The notes under the pieces: model-generated
Databases searched by the model: none
What the model saw: the letters and a program-made list of their open reading frames with translations, nothing else
Told to the model about the DNA's origin: nothing
Shown here: one piece after another, positions 41,001 through 54,502 of the stretch
How positions within the stretch are numbered: position 1 is the first letter of the stretch
Layout of the letters: each line of letters begins with the position of its first letter
Source of the DNA: Balanoglossus misakiensis
Taxonomy: Eukaryota; Animalia; Hemichordata
Length of the DNA: 64,000 bases
Assembly: GCA_040954595.2 (NCBI GenBank)
Contig: CM082595.2
Location: forward strand, 8,786,317-8,850,316
Direction: 5' to 3'
Translations under genes and position numbers: made by a program

Positions 41001-44000
41001 TGAAGAAATTTTGAACTTTCGCAAAGATGAAAAATTGTCATTTTTGGATGATTTTCATGATCTATAACGCATGATTTTTTTCTTCAAAAATGTGAAGAAA
41101 TTTTGAACTTTCGCAATGTGGAAAAATTGTAATTTTTGATTGATTTTCATGAGCTATAACGCATGATTTTTTTCTTCAAAAATGTAAAGAAAATTTGAAC
41201 TTTCTCAATGTGGAAAAATTGTCATTTTTGGATGATTTGCATTAGCTATATCCCATGATTTTCTTCAAAATGTGAAGAAAATTTGATCTTTCGCAATGTG
41301 GAAAAATTGTCATTTTTGGATGATTTTCATGAGCTATAACGCATGATTTTTTTCTTCAAAAATGTAAAGAAAATTTGAACTTTCGCAATGTGGAAAAATT
41401 GTCATTTTCTGATGATTTTCATTAGCTATAACCCATGATTTTTTTCAAAAAAGGGAAGAAATTTTGAACTTTCGCAAAGTCGAAAAATTGTCATTTTTGG
41501 ACGATTTTCATGAGCTGTAACTCATGATTTTTTTCAAAAAATGATGAAATTTTGAACTTTCGCAATGTGGAAAAATTGTATTTTTTTGATGCTTTTCATA
41601 AGCTATAACGCATGATTTTTTTCAAAAATGTGAAGAAATTTTGAAATTTCGCAAAGTCGAAAAAATTGTTATGTTTGGGTGATTTTCATGACCCATGATT
41701 TTTTTCAAAAAATGAAGAAATTTTGAACTTTCGCAATGTCGAAAAATTATCATTTTTGGACGATTTTCATGAGCTGTAACATGATTTTTGTCAGAAAATG
41801 AAGACATTTTGAACTTTCGCAAAGACGAAAAATTGTCATTTTTGGATGATTTTCATGATCTATAACCCATGATTTTTTTCTTCAAAACTGTGAAGAAATT
41901 TTGAACTTTCGCATAATCGAAAAATACTCTTTTTTGGGTGATTTTCATGAGCTATAACCCATGATTTTTTTCTTCAAAACTGTGAAGAAATGTTGAACTT
42001 TCGCAAAGTCAAAAAATACTCCTTTTTGGGTGATTTTCATGAGCTGTTACTCATGATTTTTTTTTTAAAATGAAGAAATTTTGAACTTTCGCAGTGTTGA
42101 AAAATTGTATTTTTTTGTTGATTTTCATAAGCTATAACCCATGATTTTTTTCAAAAAAGTGAAGAAATTTTGAAATTTCACAAAGTCTAAAAATAGTCAT
42201 TTATGAACGATTTTCTGGACCTATAACGCATGATTTTTTTCAAAAAATTAAGAAATTTTGAAATTTCGCAAAGTCGAAAAATTGTAATTTTTTGATGGTT
42301 TTCATGATCTAATACGCATGATTTTTTCCTTCAAAAATGTGAAGAAATTTTGAACTTTCGCAATGTGGAAAAATTGTCATTTTTGGATGATTTTCAGGAG
42401 CTATAACCCGTGATTTTTTTTTTCAAAACTGTGAAGAAATGTTGAACTTTCGCAAAGTCAAAAAATACTCCTTTTTGGGTGATTTTCATGAGCTGTTACT
42501 CATGATTTTTTTTTAAAAAATGAAGAAATTTTGAACTTTCGCAATGTGGAAAAATTGTATTTTTTTGTTGATTTTCATAAGCTATAACCCATGATTTTTT
42601 TCAAAAAAGTGAAGAAATTTTGAAATTTCACAAAGTCTAAAAATAGTCATTTATGAACGATTTTCTGGACCTATAACGCATGATTTTTTTCAAAAAATTA
42701 AGAAATTTTGAAATTTCGCAAAGTCGAAAAATTGTAATTTTTTGATGGTTTTCATGATCTAATACGCATGATTTTTTCCTTCAAAAATGTGAAGAAATTT
42801 TGAACTTTCGCAATGTGGAAAAATTGTCATTTTTGGATGATTTTCAGGAGCTATAACCCGTGATTTTTTTTTTCAAAACTGTGAAGAAATGTTGAACTTT
42901 CGCAAAGTCAAAAAATACTCCTTTTTGGGTGATTTTCATGAGCTGTTACTCATGATTTTTTTTTAAAAAATGAAGAAATTTTGAAATTTCGCAAAGTCGA
43001 AAAATTGTAATTTTTTGATGGTTTTCATGAGCTGTAACGCATGATTTTTTTTCAAAAAATGAAGAAATTTTGAACTTTCGCAATGTGGAAAAATAGTATT
43101 TTTTTGTTGATTTTCATAAGCCATGATTTTTTTCAAAAAAGTGAAGAAATTTTGAAATTTCGCAAAGTCTAAAAATAGTCATTTTTGAACGATTTTCTGG
43201 ACCTATAACCCATTATTTTCTTCAAAAAATGAAGAAATTTTGAACTTTCGCTACGTGGAAAAATTGTCATTTTTGGATGATTTTTCATGTGCTATAACGC
43301 ATGATTGTTTTCTTCAAAAATGTGAAAAAATGTTGAACGTTCGCAATGTTGAAAAATTTTCATTTTGGGATGATGTTCATGGGCAATAACCCTTGATTTT
43401 TTTTCTTCAAAAATGTGAAGAAATTTTGAACTTTTGCAAAGATGAAAAATTGTCATTTTTGGATGATTTTCATGATCTATAACGCATGATTTTTTTCTTC
43501 AAAAATGTGAAGAAATTTTGAACTTTCGCAATGTGGAAAAATTGTCATTTTTGGATGATTTTCATGAGCTATTACCCATGATTGTTTTTCTTCAAAACTG
43601 TGAAGAAATGTTGAACTTTCGCAAAGTCAAAAAATACTCCTTTTTGGATGGTTTTCATGATCCATGATTTTTTTCAAAAAATGAAGAAATTTTGAACTTT
43701 CGCAATGTGGAAAAATTGTCATTTTTGGATGATTTTCATTAGCTATAACCCATGATTTTTTTTCAAAAAAAGAAGAAATTTTGAACTTTCGCAAAGATGA
43801 AAAATTGTCATTTTTGGATGATTTTCATGATCTATAACGCATGATTTTTTTTAAAAAATGAAGAAATTTTGAACTTTCAAAAAGTCAAAAAATTGTAATT
43901 TTTTGATGGTCTTCATGAGCTGTAACCCATGATTTTTTTCAAGAAAACGAAGAAATTTTGAACTTTCGCAACGTCGAAAAGTTTTTATTTTTTGATGATT

Positions 44001-47000
44001 TTCAAGAGCCAAAACCCATGATTTTTTTCCAAAAATGTGAAGAGATGTTGAACTTGTGCAAAGTCGAAATTTTGTCATTTTGGACAATTTTCATGACCCA
44101 TGATTTTTTTCAAAAAATGAAGAAATTTTGAACTTTCGCAATGTGGAAAAATTTTCATTTTTGGATGATTTTCATGAGCTATAACGCATGATTTTTTTCT
44201 TAAAAAATGTGAAAAAATGTTGAACGTTCGCAATGTTGAAAAATTGTCATTTTGGGATGATGTTCATGGGCTATAACCCTTGATTTTTTTTCTTCAAAAA
44301 TGTAGAGAAATGTTGCACTTTCGCAAAGATGAAAACATTTTTGGATGATTTTCATGATCTATAACGCATGATTTTTTTCTTCAAAAATGTGAAGAAATTT
44401 TGAGCTTTCGCAATGTCGAAAAAATTGTTATGTTTAGGTGATTTTCATGACCCATGATTTTTTTCAAAAAATGAAGAAATTTTGAACTTTCGCAATGTCG
44501 AAAAATTGTCATTTTTGGACGATTTTCATGAGCTGTAACATGATTTTTGTCAGAAAATGAAGACATTTTGAACTTTCGCAAAGACGAAAAATTGTCATTT
44601 TTGGATGATTTTCATGATCTATAACCCATGATTTTTTTCTTCAAAACTGTGAAGAAATTTTGAACTTTCGCATAATCGAAAAATACTCTTTTTTGGGTGA
44701 TTTTCATGAGCTATAACCCATGATTTTTTTCTTCAAAACTGTGAAGAAATGTTGAACTTTCGCAAAGTCAAAAAATACTCCTTTTTGGGTGATTTTCATG
44801 AGCTGTTACTCATGATTTTTTTTTTAAAATGAAGAAATTTTGAACTTTCGCAATGTGGAAAAATTGTATTTTTTTGTTGATTTTCATAAGCTATAACCCA
44901 TGATTTTTTTCAAAAAAGTGAAGAAATTTTGAAATTTCACAAAGTCTAAAAATAGTCATTTATGAACGATTTTCTGGACCTATAACGCATGATTTTTTTC
45001 AAAAAATTAAGAAATTTTGAAATTTCGCAAAGTCGAAAAATTGTAATTTTTTGATGGTTTTCATGATCTAATACGCATGATTTTTTCCTTCAAAAATGTG
45101 AAGAAATTTTGAACTTTCGCAATGTGGAAAAATTGTCATTTTTGGATGATTTTCAGGAGCTATAACCCGTGATTTTTTTTTTCAAAACTGTGAAGAAATG
45201 TTGAACTTTCGCAAAGTCAAAAAATACTCCTTTTTGGGTGATTTTCATGAGCTGTTACTCATGATTTTTTTTTAAAAAATGAAGAAATTTTGAAATTTCG
45301 CAAAGTCTAAAAATAGTCATTTTTGAACGATTTTCTGGACCTATAACCCATTATTTTCTTCAAAAAATGAAGAAATTTTGAACTTTCGCTACGTGGAAAA
45401 ATTGTCATTTTTGGATGATTTTTCATGTGCTATAACGCATGATTGTTTTCTTCAAAAATGTGAAAAAATGTTGAACGTTCGCAATGTTGAAAAATTTTCA
45501 TTTTGGGATGATGTTCATGGGCAATAACCCTTGATTTTTTTTCTTCAAAAATGTGAAGAAATTTTGAACTTTTGCAAAGATGAAAAATTGTCATTTTTGG
45601 ATGATTTTCATGATCTATAACGCATGATTTTTTTCTTCAAAAATGTGAAGAAATTTTGAACTTTCGCAATGTGGAAAAATTGTCATTTTTGGATGATTTT
45701 CATGAGCTATTACCCATGATTGTTTTTCTTCAAAACTGTGAAGAAATGTTGAACTTTCGCAAAGTCAAAAAATACTCCTTTTTGGATGGTTTTCATGATC
45801 CATGATTTTTTTCAAAAAATGAAGAAATTTTGAACTTTCGCAATGTGGAAAAATTGTCATTTTTGGATGATTTTCATTAGCTATAACCCATGATTTTTTT
45901 TCAAAAAAAGAAGAAATTTTGAACTTTCGCAAAGATGAAAAATTGTCATTTTAGGATGATTTTCATGATCTATAACGCATGATTTTTTTTAAAAAATGAA
46001 GAAATTTTGAACTTTCAAAAAGTCAAAAAATTGTAATTTTTTGATGGTCTTCATGAGCTGTAACCCATGATTTTTTTCAAGAAAACGAAGAAATTTTGAA
46101 CTTTCGCAACGTCGAAAAGTTTTTATTTTTTGATGATTTTCAAGAGCCAAAACCTATGATTTTTTTCCAAAAATGTGAAGAGATGTTGAACTTGTGCAAA
46201 GTCGAAATTTTGTCATTTTGGACAATTTTCATGACCCATGATTTTTTTCAAAAAATGAAGAAATTTTGAACTTTCGCAATGTGGAAAAATTTTCATTTTT
46301 GGATGATTTTCATGAGCTATAACGCATGATTTTTTTCTTAAAAAATGTGAAAAAATGTTGAACGTTCGCAATGTTGAAAAATTGTCATTTTGGGATGATG
46401 TTCATGGGCTATAACCCTTGATTTTTTTTCTTCAAAAATGTAGAGAAATGTTGCACTTTCGCAAAGATGAAAACATTTTTGGATGATTTTCATGATCTAT
46501 AACGCATGATTTTTTTCTTCAAAAATGTGAAGAAATTTTGAGCTTTCGCAATGTCGAAAAAATTGTTATGTTTAGGTGATTTTCATGACCCATGATTTTT
46601 TTCAAAAAATGAAGAAATTTTGAACTTTCGCAATGTCGAAAAATTGTCATTTTTGGACGATTTTCATGAGCTGTAACATGATTTTTGTCAGAAAATGAAG
46701 ACATTTTGAACTTTCGCAAAGACGAAAAATTGTCATTTTTGGATGATTTTCATGATCTATAACCCATGATTTTTTTCTTCAAAACTGTGAAGAAATTTTG
46801 AACTTTCGCATAATCGAAAAATACTCTTTTTTGGGTGATTTTCATGAGCTATAACCCATGATTTTTTTCTTCAAAACTGTGAAGAAATGTTGAACTTTCG
46901 CAAAGTCAAAAAATACTCCTTTTTGGGTGATTTTCATGAGCTGTTACTCATGATTTTTTTTTTAAAATGAAGAAATTTTGAACTTTCGCAATGTGGAAAA

Positions 47001-50000
47001 ATTGTATTTTTTTGTTGATTTTCATGATCTATAACGCATGATTTTTTTTAAAAAATGAAGAAATTTTGAAATTTCACGAAGTCGAAAAATTATAATTTTT
47101 TGATGGTTTTCATGAGCTGTAACGCATGATTTTTTCAAAAAATGAAGAAATTTTGAAATTTCGCAAAGTCGAAAAATTGTCATTTTTGGATGGTTTTCAT
47201 GATCCATGATTTTTTTCAAAAAATGAAGAAATTTTGAACTTTCGCAGTGTGGAAAAATTGTAATTTTTTGATGGTCTTCATGAGCTGTAACCGATGATTT
47301 TTTTCAAGAAAACGAAGAAATTTTGAACTTTCGCAAAGTCGAAAAGTTTTTATTTTTTGATGATCTTCAAGAGCCAAAACCCATGATTTTTTTTCCAAAA
47401 ATGTGAAGAGATGTTGAACTTGTGCAAAGTCGAAATTTTGTCATTTTGGACGATTTTCATGACCCATTATTTTTTTTTTCAAAAAAGTAAAAGAAATTTT
47501 GAACTTTAGCAAAGTCTAAAAATAGTCATTTTTGAACGATTTTCTGGACCTTTAACCCATTATTTTCTTCAAAAAATGAAGAAATTTTGAAATTTCGCAA
47601 AGTCGAAAAAATTGTTACGTTTGAGTGATTTTCATGACCCATGATTTTTTTCAAAAAATGAAGAAATTTTGAACGTTCGCAATGTTGAAAAATTGTCATT
47701 TTGGGATGATGTTCATGGGCTATATATTACCCTTGATTTTTTTTCTTCAAAAATGTGAAGAAATTTTGAACTTTCGCAAAGATGAAAAATTGTCATTTTT
47801 GGATATTTTTCATGATCTATAACGCATGATTTTTTTCTTCAAAAATGTGAAGAAATTTTGAACTTTCGCAATGTGGAAAAATTTTCATTTTTGGATGATT
47901 TTCATGATCCATGATTTTTTTCAAAAAATGAAGAAATTTTGAACTTTCGCAATGTGGAAAAATTGTCATTTTTGGATGATTTTCATTAGCTATAACCCAT
48001 GATTTTTTTCCAAAAAATGAAGAAATTTTGAACTTTCAAAAAGTCAAAAAATTGTAATTTTTTGATGGTCTTCATGAGCTCTAACCCATGAGTTTTTTTC
48101 AAGAAAACGAAGAAATTTTGAACTTTCGTAAAGTCGAAAAGTTTTTATTTTTGATGATTTTCAAGAGCCAAAACCCATGATTTTTTTTCCAAAAATGTGA
48201 ACAGATGTTGAACTTGTGCAAAGTCGAAATTTTGTCATTTTGGACGATTTTCATGACCCATTATTTTTTTTTTCAAAAAAGTAAAGAACTTTTGAACTTT
48301 CGCAAAGTCTAAATATAGTCAATTTTGAACGATTTTCTGGACCTATAACCCATTATTTTCTTCAAAAAATTAAGAAATTTTGAAATTTCGCAAAGTCGGA
48401 AAAACTGTTACGTTTGAGTGATTTTCATGACCCATGATTTTTTTCAAAAAATGAAGAAATTTTGAACGTTCGCAATGTTGAAAAATTGTCATTTTGGGAT
48501 GATGTTCATGGGCTATATATTACCCTTGATTTTTTTTCTTCAAAAATGTGAAGAAATTTTGAACTTTCGCAAAGATGAAAAATTGTCATTTTTGGATATT
48601 TTTCATGATCTATAACGCATGATTTTTTTCTTCAAAAATGTGAAGAAATTTTGAACTTTCGCAATGTGGAAAAATTTTCATTTTTGGATGATTTTCATGA
48701 TCCATGATTTTTTTCAAAAAAATGAAGAAATTTTGAACTTTCGCAATGTGGAAAAATTGTCATTTTTGGATGATTTTCATTAGCTATAACCCATGATTTT
48801 TTTCCAAAAAATGAAGAAATTTTGAACTTTCAAAAAGTCAAAAAATTGTAATTTTTTGATGGTCTTCATGAGCTCTAACCCATGAGTTTTTTTCAAGAAA
48901 ACGAAGAAATTTTGAACTTTCGTAAAGTCGAAAAGTTTTTATTTTTGATGATTTTCAAGAGCCAAAACCCATGATTTTTTTTCCAAAAATGTGAAGAGAT
49001 GTTGAACTTGTGCAAAGTCGAAATTTTGTCATTTTGGACGATTTTCATGACCCATTATTTTTTTTTTCAAAAAAGTAAAGAACTTTTGAACTTTCGCAAA
49101 GTCTAAATATAGTCAATTTTGAACGATTTTCTGGACCTATAACCCATTATTTTCTTCAAAAAATTAAGAAATTTTGAAATTTCGCAAAGTCGGAAAAACT
49201 GTTACGTTTGAGTGATTTTCATGACCCATGATTTTTTTCAAAAAATGAAGAAATTTTGAACTTTCGCAAAGATGAAAAATTGTCATTTTTGGATGATTTT
49301 CATGATCTATAACGCATGATTTTTTTTAAAAAATGAAGAAATTTTGAAATTTCACGAAGTCGAAAAATTATAATTTTTTGATGGTTTTCATGAGCTGTAA
49401 CTTATGATTTTTTTCAAAAAATGAAGAAATTTTGAAATTTCGCAAAGTCGAAAAATTGTCATTTTTGGATGGTTTTCATGATCCATGATTTTTTTCAAAA
49501 AATGAAGAAATTTTGAACTTTCGCAATGTGGAAAAATTGTCATTTTTGGATGATTTTCATTAGCTATAACCCATGATTTTTTTCCAAAAAATGAAGAAAT
49601 TTTGAACTTTCAAAAAGTAAAAAAATTGTAATTTTTTGATGGTCTTCATGAGCTGTAACCCATTATTTTTTTCAAGAAAACGAAGAAATTTTGAACTTTC
49701 GCAAAGTCGAAAAGTTTTTATTTTTTGATGATTTTCAAGAGCCAAAACCCATGATTTTTTTTCCAAAAATGTGAAGAGATGTTGAACTTGTGCAAAGTCG
49801 AAATTTTGTCATTTTGGACAATTTTCATGACCCATGATTTTTTTCAAAAAATAAAGAAATTTTGAACTTTCGCAATGTGGAAAAATTGTCATTTTTGGAT
49901 GATTTTCATGAGCTATAACGCATGATTTTTTTCTTCAAAAATGTGAAAAAATGTTGAACGTTCGCAATGTTGAAAAATTGTCATTTTGGGATGATGTTCA

Positions 50001-52173
50001 TGGGCTATAACCCTTGATTTTTTTTCTTCAAAAATGTGAAGAAATTTTGAACTTTCGCAAAGATGAAAAATTGTCATTTTTGGATGATTTTCATGATCTA
50101 TAACGCATGATTTTTTCCTTAAAAAATTTGAAGAAATTTTGAACTTTCGCAATGTGGAAAAATTGTCATTTTTGGATGATTTTCATGATCTATAACCCAT
50201 GATTTTTTTCTTCAAAACTGTGAAGAAATTTTGAACTTTCGCATAATCGAAAAATACTCTTTTTTGGGTGATTTTCATGAGCTGTTACTCATGATTTGTT
50301 CAAAAATGAAGAAATTTTGAACTTTCGCAAAGACGAAAAATTGTCATTTTCTGGATGATTTTAATGAGCTATAACGCATGATTTTTTTCTTCAAAAATGT
50401 AAAAAAAATTTGATCTTTCGCAATGTGGGAAAAAATTGTCATTTTTGGACGATTTTCATGAGCTGTAACTCATGATTTTTTTCAAAAAATGAAGAAATTT
50501 TGAACTTTCGCAATGTGGAAAAATTGTATTTTTTTGATGATTTTCATAAGCTATAACGAATGATTTTTTTCAAAAATGTGAAGAAATTTTGAAATTTCGC
50601 AAAGTCGAAAAATTGTCATTTTTGGACAATTTTCATGAGCTGTAACTCATGATTTTTTTCAAAAATGTGAAGAAATTTTCAACTTTCGCAATGTGGAAAA
50701 ATTGTCATTTTTGGATGATTTTCATGAGCTATAACCCATGATTTTTTTCTTCAAAACTGTGAAGAAATGTTTAACTTTTCGCAAAGTCAAAAAATACTCC
50801 TTTTTGGGTGATTTTCATGAGCTGTTACTCATGATTTTTTTTTAAAATGAAGAAATTTTGAAATTTCGCCAAGTCGAAAAATTGTAATTTTTTGATGGTT
50901 TTCATGAGCTGTAACGCATGATTTTTTTCAAAAAATGAAGAAATTTTGAAATTTCGCAAAGTCGAAACAATTGTTATTTTTGGGTGATTTTCATGACCCA
51001 TGATATTTTTCAAAAAATGAAGAAATTTTGAACTTTCGCAAAGTCGAATTTTTTTTATTTTGGGGTGATTTTTATGACCCATGATTTTTTCAAAAAATGA
51101 AGAAATTTTGAACTTTTGCAAAGATGAAAAATTGTCATTTTTGGAAGATTTTCATGAGCTATAACGCATGATTATTTTCTTCAAAAATGTGAAGAAATTT
51201 TGAAATTTCGCAAAGTCGAAAAATTGTCATTTTTGGATGATTTTCATGAGCTATAACGCATGATTTTTTTCTTCAAAAATGTGAAAAAATGGTGAACGTT
51301 CGCAATGTTGAAAAATTGTCATTTTGGGATGATGTTCATGGGCTATAACCCTTGATTTTTTTCTTCAAAAATGTGAAGAAATATTGAACTTTCGCAAATA
51401 TGAAAAATTGTCATTTTTGGATGATTTTCATGATCTATAACGCATGGTATTTTTCTTCAAAAATGTGAAGAAATTTTGAACTTACGCAATGTGGAAAAAT
51501 TGTCATTTTTGGATGATTTTCATGAGCTATAACCCATGACTTTTTTCTTCAAAACTGTGAAGAGTGTTTAACTTTCGCAAAGTCAAAAAATACTCCTTTT
51601 TGGGTGATTTTCATGATCTGTTACTCATGATTTTTTTTAAAAAATGAAGAAATTTTGAAATTTCGCAAAGTCGAAAAATTGTAATGTTTTGATGGTTTTC
51701 ATGAGCTGTAACGCATGATTTTTTTCAAAAAATGAAGAAATTTTGAAATTTCGCAAAGTCGAAACAATTGTTATTTTTGGGTGATTTTCATGACCCATGA
51801 TTTTTTTCAAAAATGTGAAGATATTTTGAACTTTCGCAAAGTCTAAAAATAGTCATTTTTGGACGATTTTCAGGACCTATAACCCATGATTTTCTTCAAA
51901 AAATGAAGACATTTTGAAATTTCGCAAAGTCGAAAAATTGTTATTTTGGGGTGATTTTTATGACCCATGATTTTTAAAAATTTTCATTTTTGGATGATTT
52001 TCATGAGCTATAACGCATGATTTTTTTCTTCAAAAATATGAAGAAATTTTGAACTTTCGCAATGTGGAAAAATTGTAATTTTTGGATTATATTCATGAGC
52101 TATAACCCATGATTTTTTTCAAAAAAGCGAAGAAATTGTGAACTTTCGCAAAGTCGAAAAATTCTCATTTATG

Positions 52174-54489
52174 GAATACGGAGTGCTGAGCAGAGAGAAA
52201 GATAAACTCGCTCAAACCGTCTCTTTCTGTCCGCATGACCAACCAAGGAGCAAAAAAGTCATTATTTAGGCCGTAATAAAACGTTTTTGTCGCCGAGGGT
52301 TGAATAAAAAACGGTCAGATCATTGCGGGGGAAGGGAACTCTTATTCGCACCGCTGCGGTGCAGGGAACTCCTATTCGCACCGATGTTGTGCAAATAAGA
52401 TCATTGGAATTATGCTGCAATAGAGTGCGGAAATTTCCGACTTTTTCGAGTACGCATCATGATGGCGAAGGGTTCAGGAAAGCTAGCCATTTACCTGAAG
52501 GTGTCAACTGATATTGGTTCGAGACCAATTTTTTTCTATTTCTTTTTTTTTGTGAGAACTTTTAACGACATCATCATTGTAATTTTTTTCATTTTCATCA
52601 ATCCAATTCATTTAAATATCTACGCTGCGTTTTTTATTTCTGTTGGGTATAAGAAACATGCAGGGAAACTTGGTCATTTTTTGTCGCGGTTCACTAGGGC
52701 AAGTCCGAATACGGAGTGCTCAGGAGAAAGAATGATAAACTCGCTAAAACCGTGTCTTTCCGTCCGCATAACCAACCAAGGAGCGAAAAAGTCGTTTAGG
52801 CCGTAATAAGACGTTTTTGTCGCCGAGGGGTGAATAAAGAACGGTCAGATCGTTGCGGTGCAGGGAACTCTTATTCGCACCGTTGCGGTGCAGGGAACTC
52901 TTATTTGCACCGCCACGGTGCAAATAAGATCATTGGAGTTATGATGCAATATAGTGCGGAAATTTCCGACTTTTTCGAGTACGCATCATGATGGCGAAGG
53001 GTTCAGGAAAGCTAGCCATTTACCTGAAGGTGTCAACTGATATTGGTTCGAGACCAATTTTTTTCTATTTCTTTTTTTTTGTGAGAACTTTTAACGACAT
53101 CATCATTGTAATTTTTTTCATTTTCATCAATCCAATTCATTTAAATATCTACGCTGCGTTTTTTATTTCTGTTGGGTATAAGAAACATGCAGGGAAACTT
53201 GGTCATTTTTTGTCGCGGTTCACTTGGGCAAGTCCGAATACGGAGTGCTCAGGAGAAAGAATGATAAACTCGCTAAAACCGTGTCTTTCCGTCCGCATAA
53301 CCAACCAAGGAGCGAAAAAGTCGTTTAGGCCGTAATAAGACGTTTTTGTCGCCGAGGGGTGAATAAAGAACGGTCAGATCGTTGCGGTGCAGGGAACTCT
53401 TATTCGCACCGTTGCGGTGCAGGGAACTCTTATTTGCACCGCCACGGTGCAAATAAGATCATTGGAGTTATGATGCAATATAGTGCGGAAAATTTCCGAC
53501 TTTTTCGAGAACACATCTTGATGGCGAAGGGTTCAGGAAGGCTAGCCTTTTACCTGAAGGTGTCAACTGATGTTGGTTCGAGACCAATTTTTTTCTATTT
53601 CTTTTTTTTTTTTTGGGAGAACTTTTAACGACATCATCATTGTAATTTTTTTTCATTTTCATCAATCCAATTCATTTAAATATCTACGCTGCGTTTTTTA
53701 TTTCTGTTGGGTATAAGAAACATGCAGGGAAACTTGGTCATTTTTTGTCGCGGTTCACTTGAACAAGTCTGAATACGGAGTGCTCAGCAGAGAGAAATAT
53801 AAACTCGCTAAAATCGTGTCTTTCCGTCCGCATGACCAACCAAGGAGCGAAAAAGTCGTTATTTAGGCCGTAAGAAAATGTTTTTGTCGCCGAGGGGTGA
53901 ATAAAGAACGGTCAGATCGTTGCGGTGCAGGGAACTCTTATTCGCACCGCCACTGTGCAGGGAACTCTTATTCGCACCGCTGCGGTGCAAATAAGATCAT
54001 TTGAGTTATTCTGCAATATAGTGCGGAAAATTTCCGACTTTTTCGAGTACGCATCATGATGGCGAACGGTTCACCAAGGCTACCCTTTTACCTGAAGGTG
54101 TCAACTGATGTTGGTTCGAGACCACATTTTTTGCTATTTCGTTTTTTGTGAGAACTTTTAACGCCATCATCCGCATAACCAACCAAGTAGCGAAAAAGTT
54201 GTTATTTGGGCCGTAATAAAACGTTTTTGTCGCCGAGGAGTGAATAAAGAACGGTCAGATCGTTGCGGTGCAGGGAACTCTTATTCGCACCGTTGCGGTG
54301 CAGGTAACTCCTATTCGCACCGCTGTGAGAACTTTTAACGACATTATCATTGTAATTTTTATCATTTTCATAAATCCAATTCATTTCAATATCTACGCTG
54401 CGTTTTTTATCTGTCGTGTATAAGAAACATGCAGGGAAACTTGGTCATTTTTTATGTCGCGGTTCACTTGGGCAAGTCTGTATACGGAG
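52174..54489 (+). repeat. ~530-bp tandem repeat: three full units plus two internally deleted units
   Basis: Unit start GAATACGGAGTGCT occurs at 52174, 52707, 53236 and 53771 (533, 529, 535 bp), with a last partial (G)TATACGGAG at 54480. Near-identical ORFs at 52459 and 52988 are offset by 529. Confidence 0.96.
52456..52535 (+). ncRNA. Putative tRNA-like Pol III cassette, copy 1 (others at ~52985-53064, ~53515-53594, ~54053-54132)
   Basis: A-box-like TGGCGAAGGG at 52463 and B-box GGTTCGAGACC at 52516-52526, within a T-arm-like hairpin ATTGG-TTCGAGA-CCAAT, followed by T7 at 52529-52535. There is no acceptor stem, so this is not a canonical tRNA. Expression is unknown. Confidence 0.4.
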
Positions 54490-54502
54490 GGTTAGGGTTA
54501 GG
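54488..54502 (+). repeat. Short interstitial telomere-like tract (TTAGGG, 2.5 units)
   Basis: AGGGTTAGGGTTAGG sits exactly at the junction of the 530-bp array and a HINE fragment. Confidence 0.6.

Larger units (their letters stand above)
34119..52170 (-). repeat. Satellite array 2, ~87-90-bp monomer (~80-bp variants), homologous to array 1 in inverted orientation and more diverged
   Basis: The reverse-complement consensus TCATGAAAATCATCCAAAAATGACAATTTTTCGACTTTGCGAAATTTCAAAATTTCTTCATTTTTTGAAAAAAATCATGCGTTACAGC aligns with the array 1 monomer plus a ~9-bp insert. It is interrupted at 36519-38031. Confidence 0.97.

Noticed and set aside
52456-52535. Functional tRNA gene
   Set aside because: There is no acceptor stem and the D and anticodon arms are non-canonical. 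It is kept only as a tRNA-like Pol III cassette.
52851-52930. 30-bp partially palindromic direct repeats resembling CRISPR repeats
   Set aside because: There are no spacers, only about two copies per unit, no cas genes, and the context is eukaryotic.
52459-53665. Duplicated 115-aa ORFs with a hydrophobic stretch in the 530-bp repeat
   Set aside because: The Phe-rich stretch comes from T-runs and the frame is broken in units 3 and 4.
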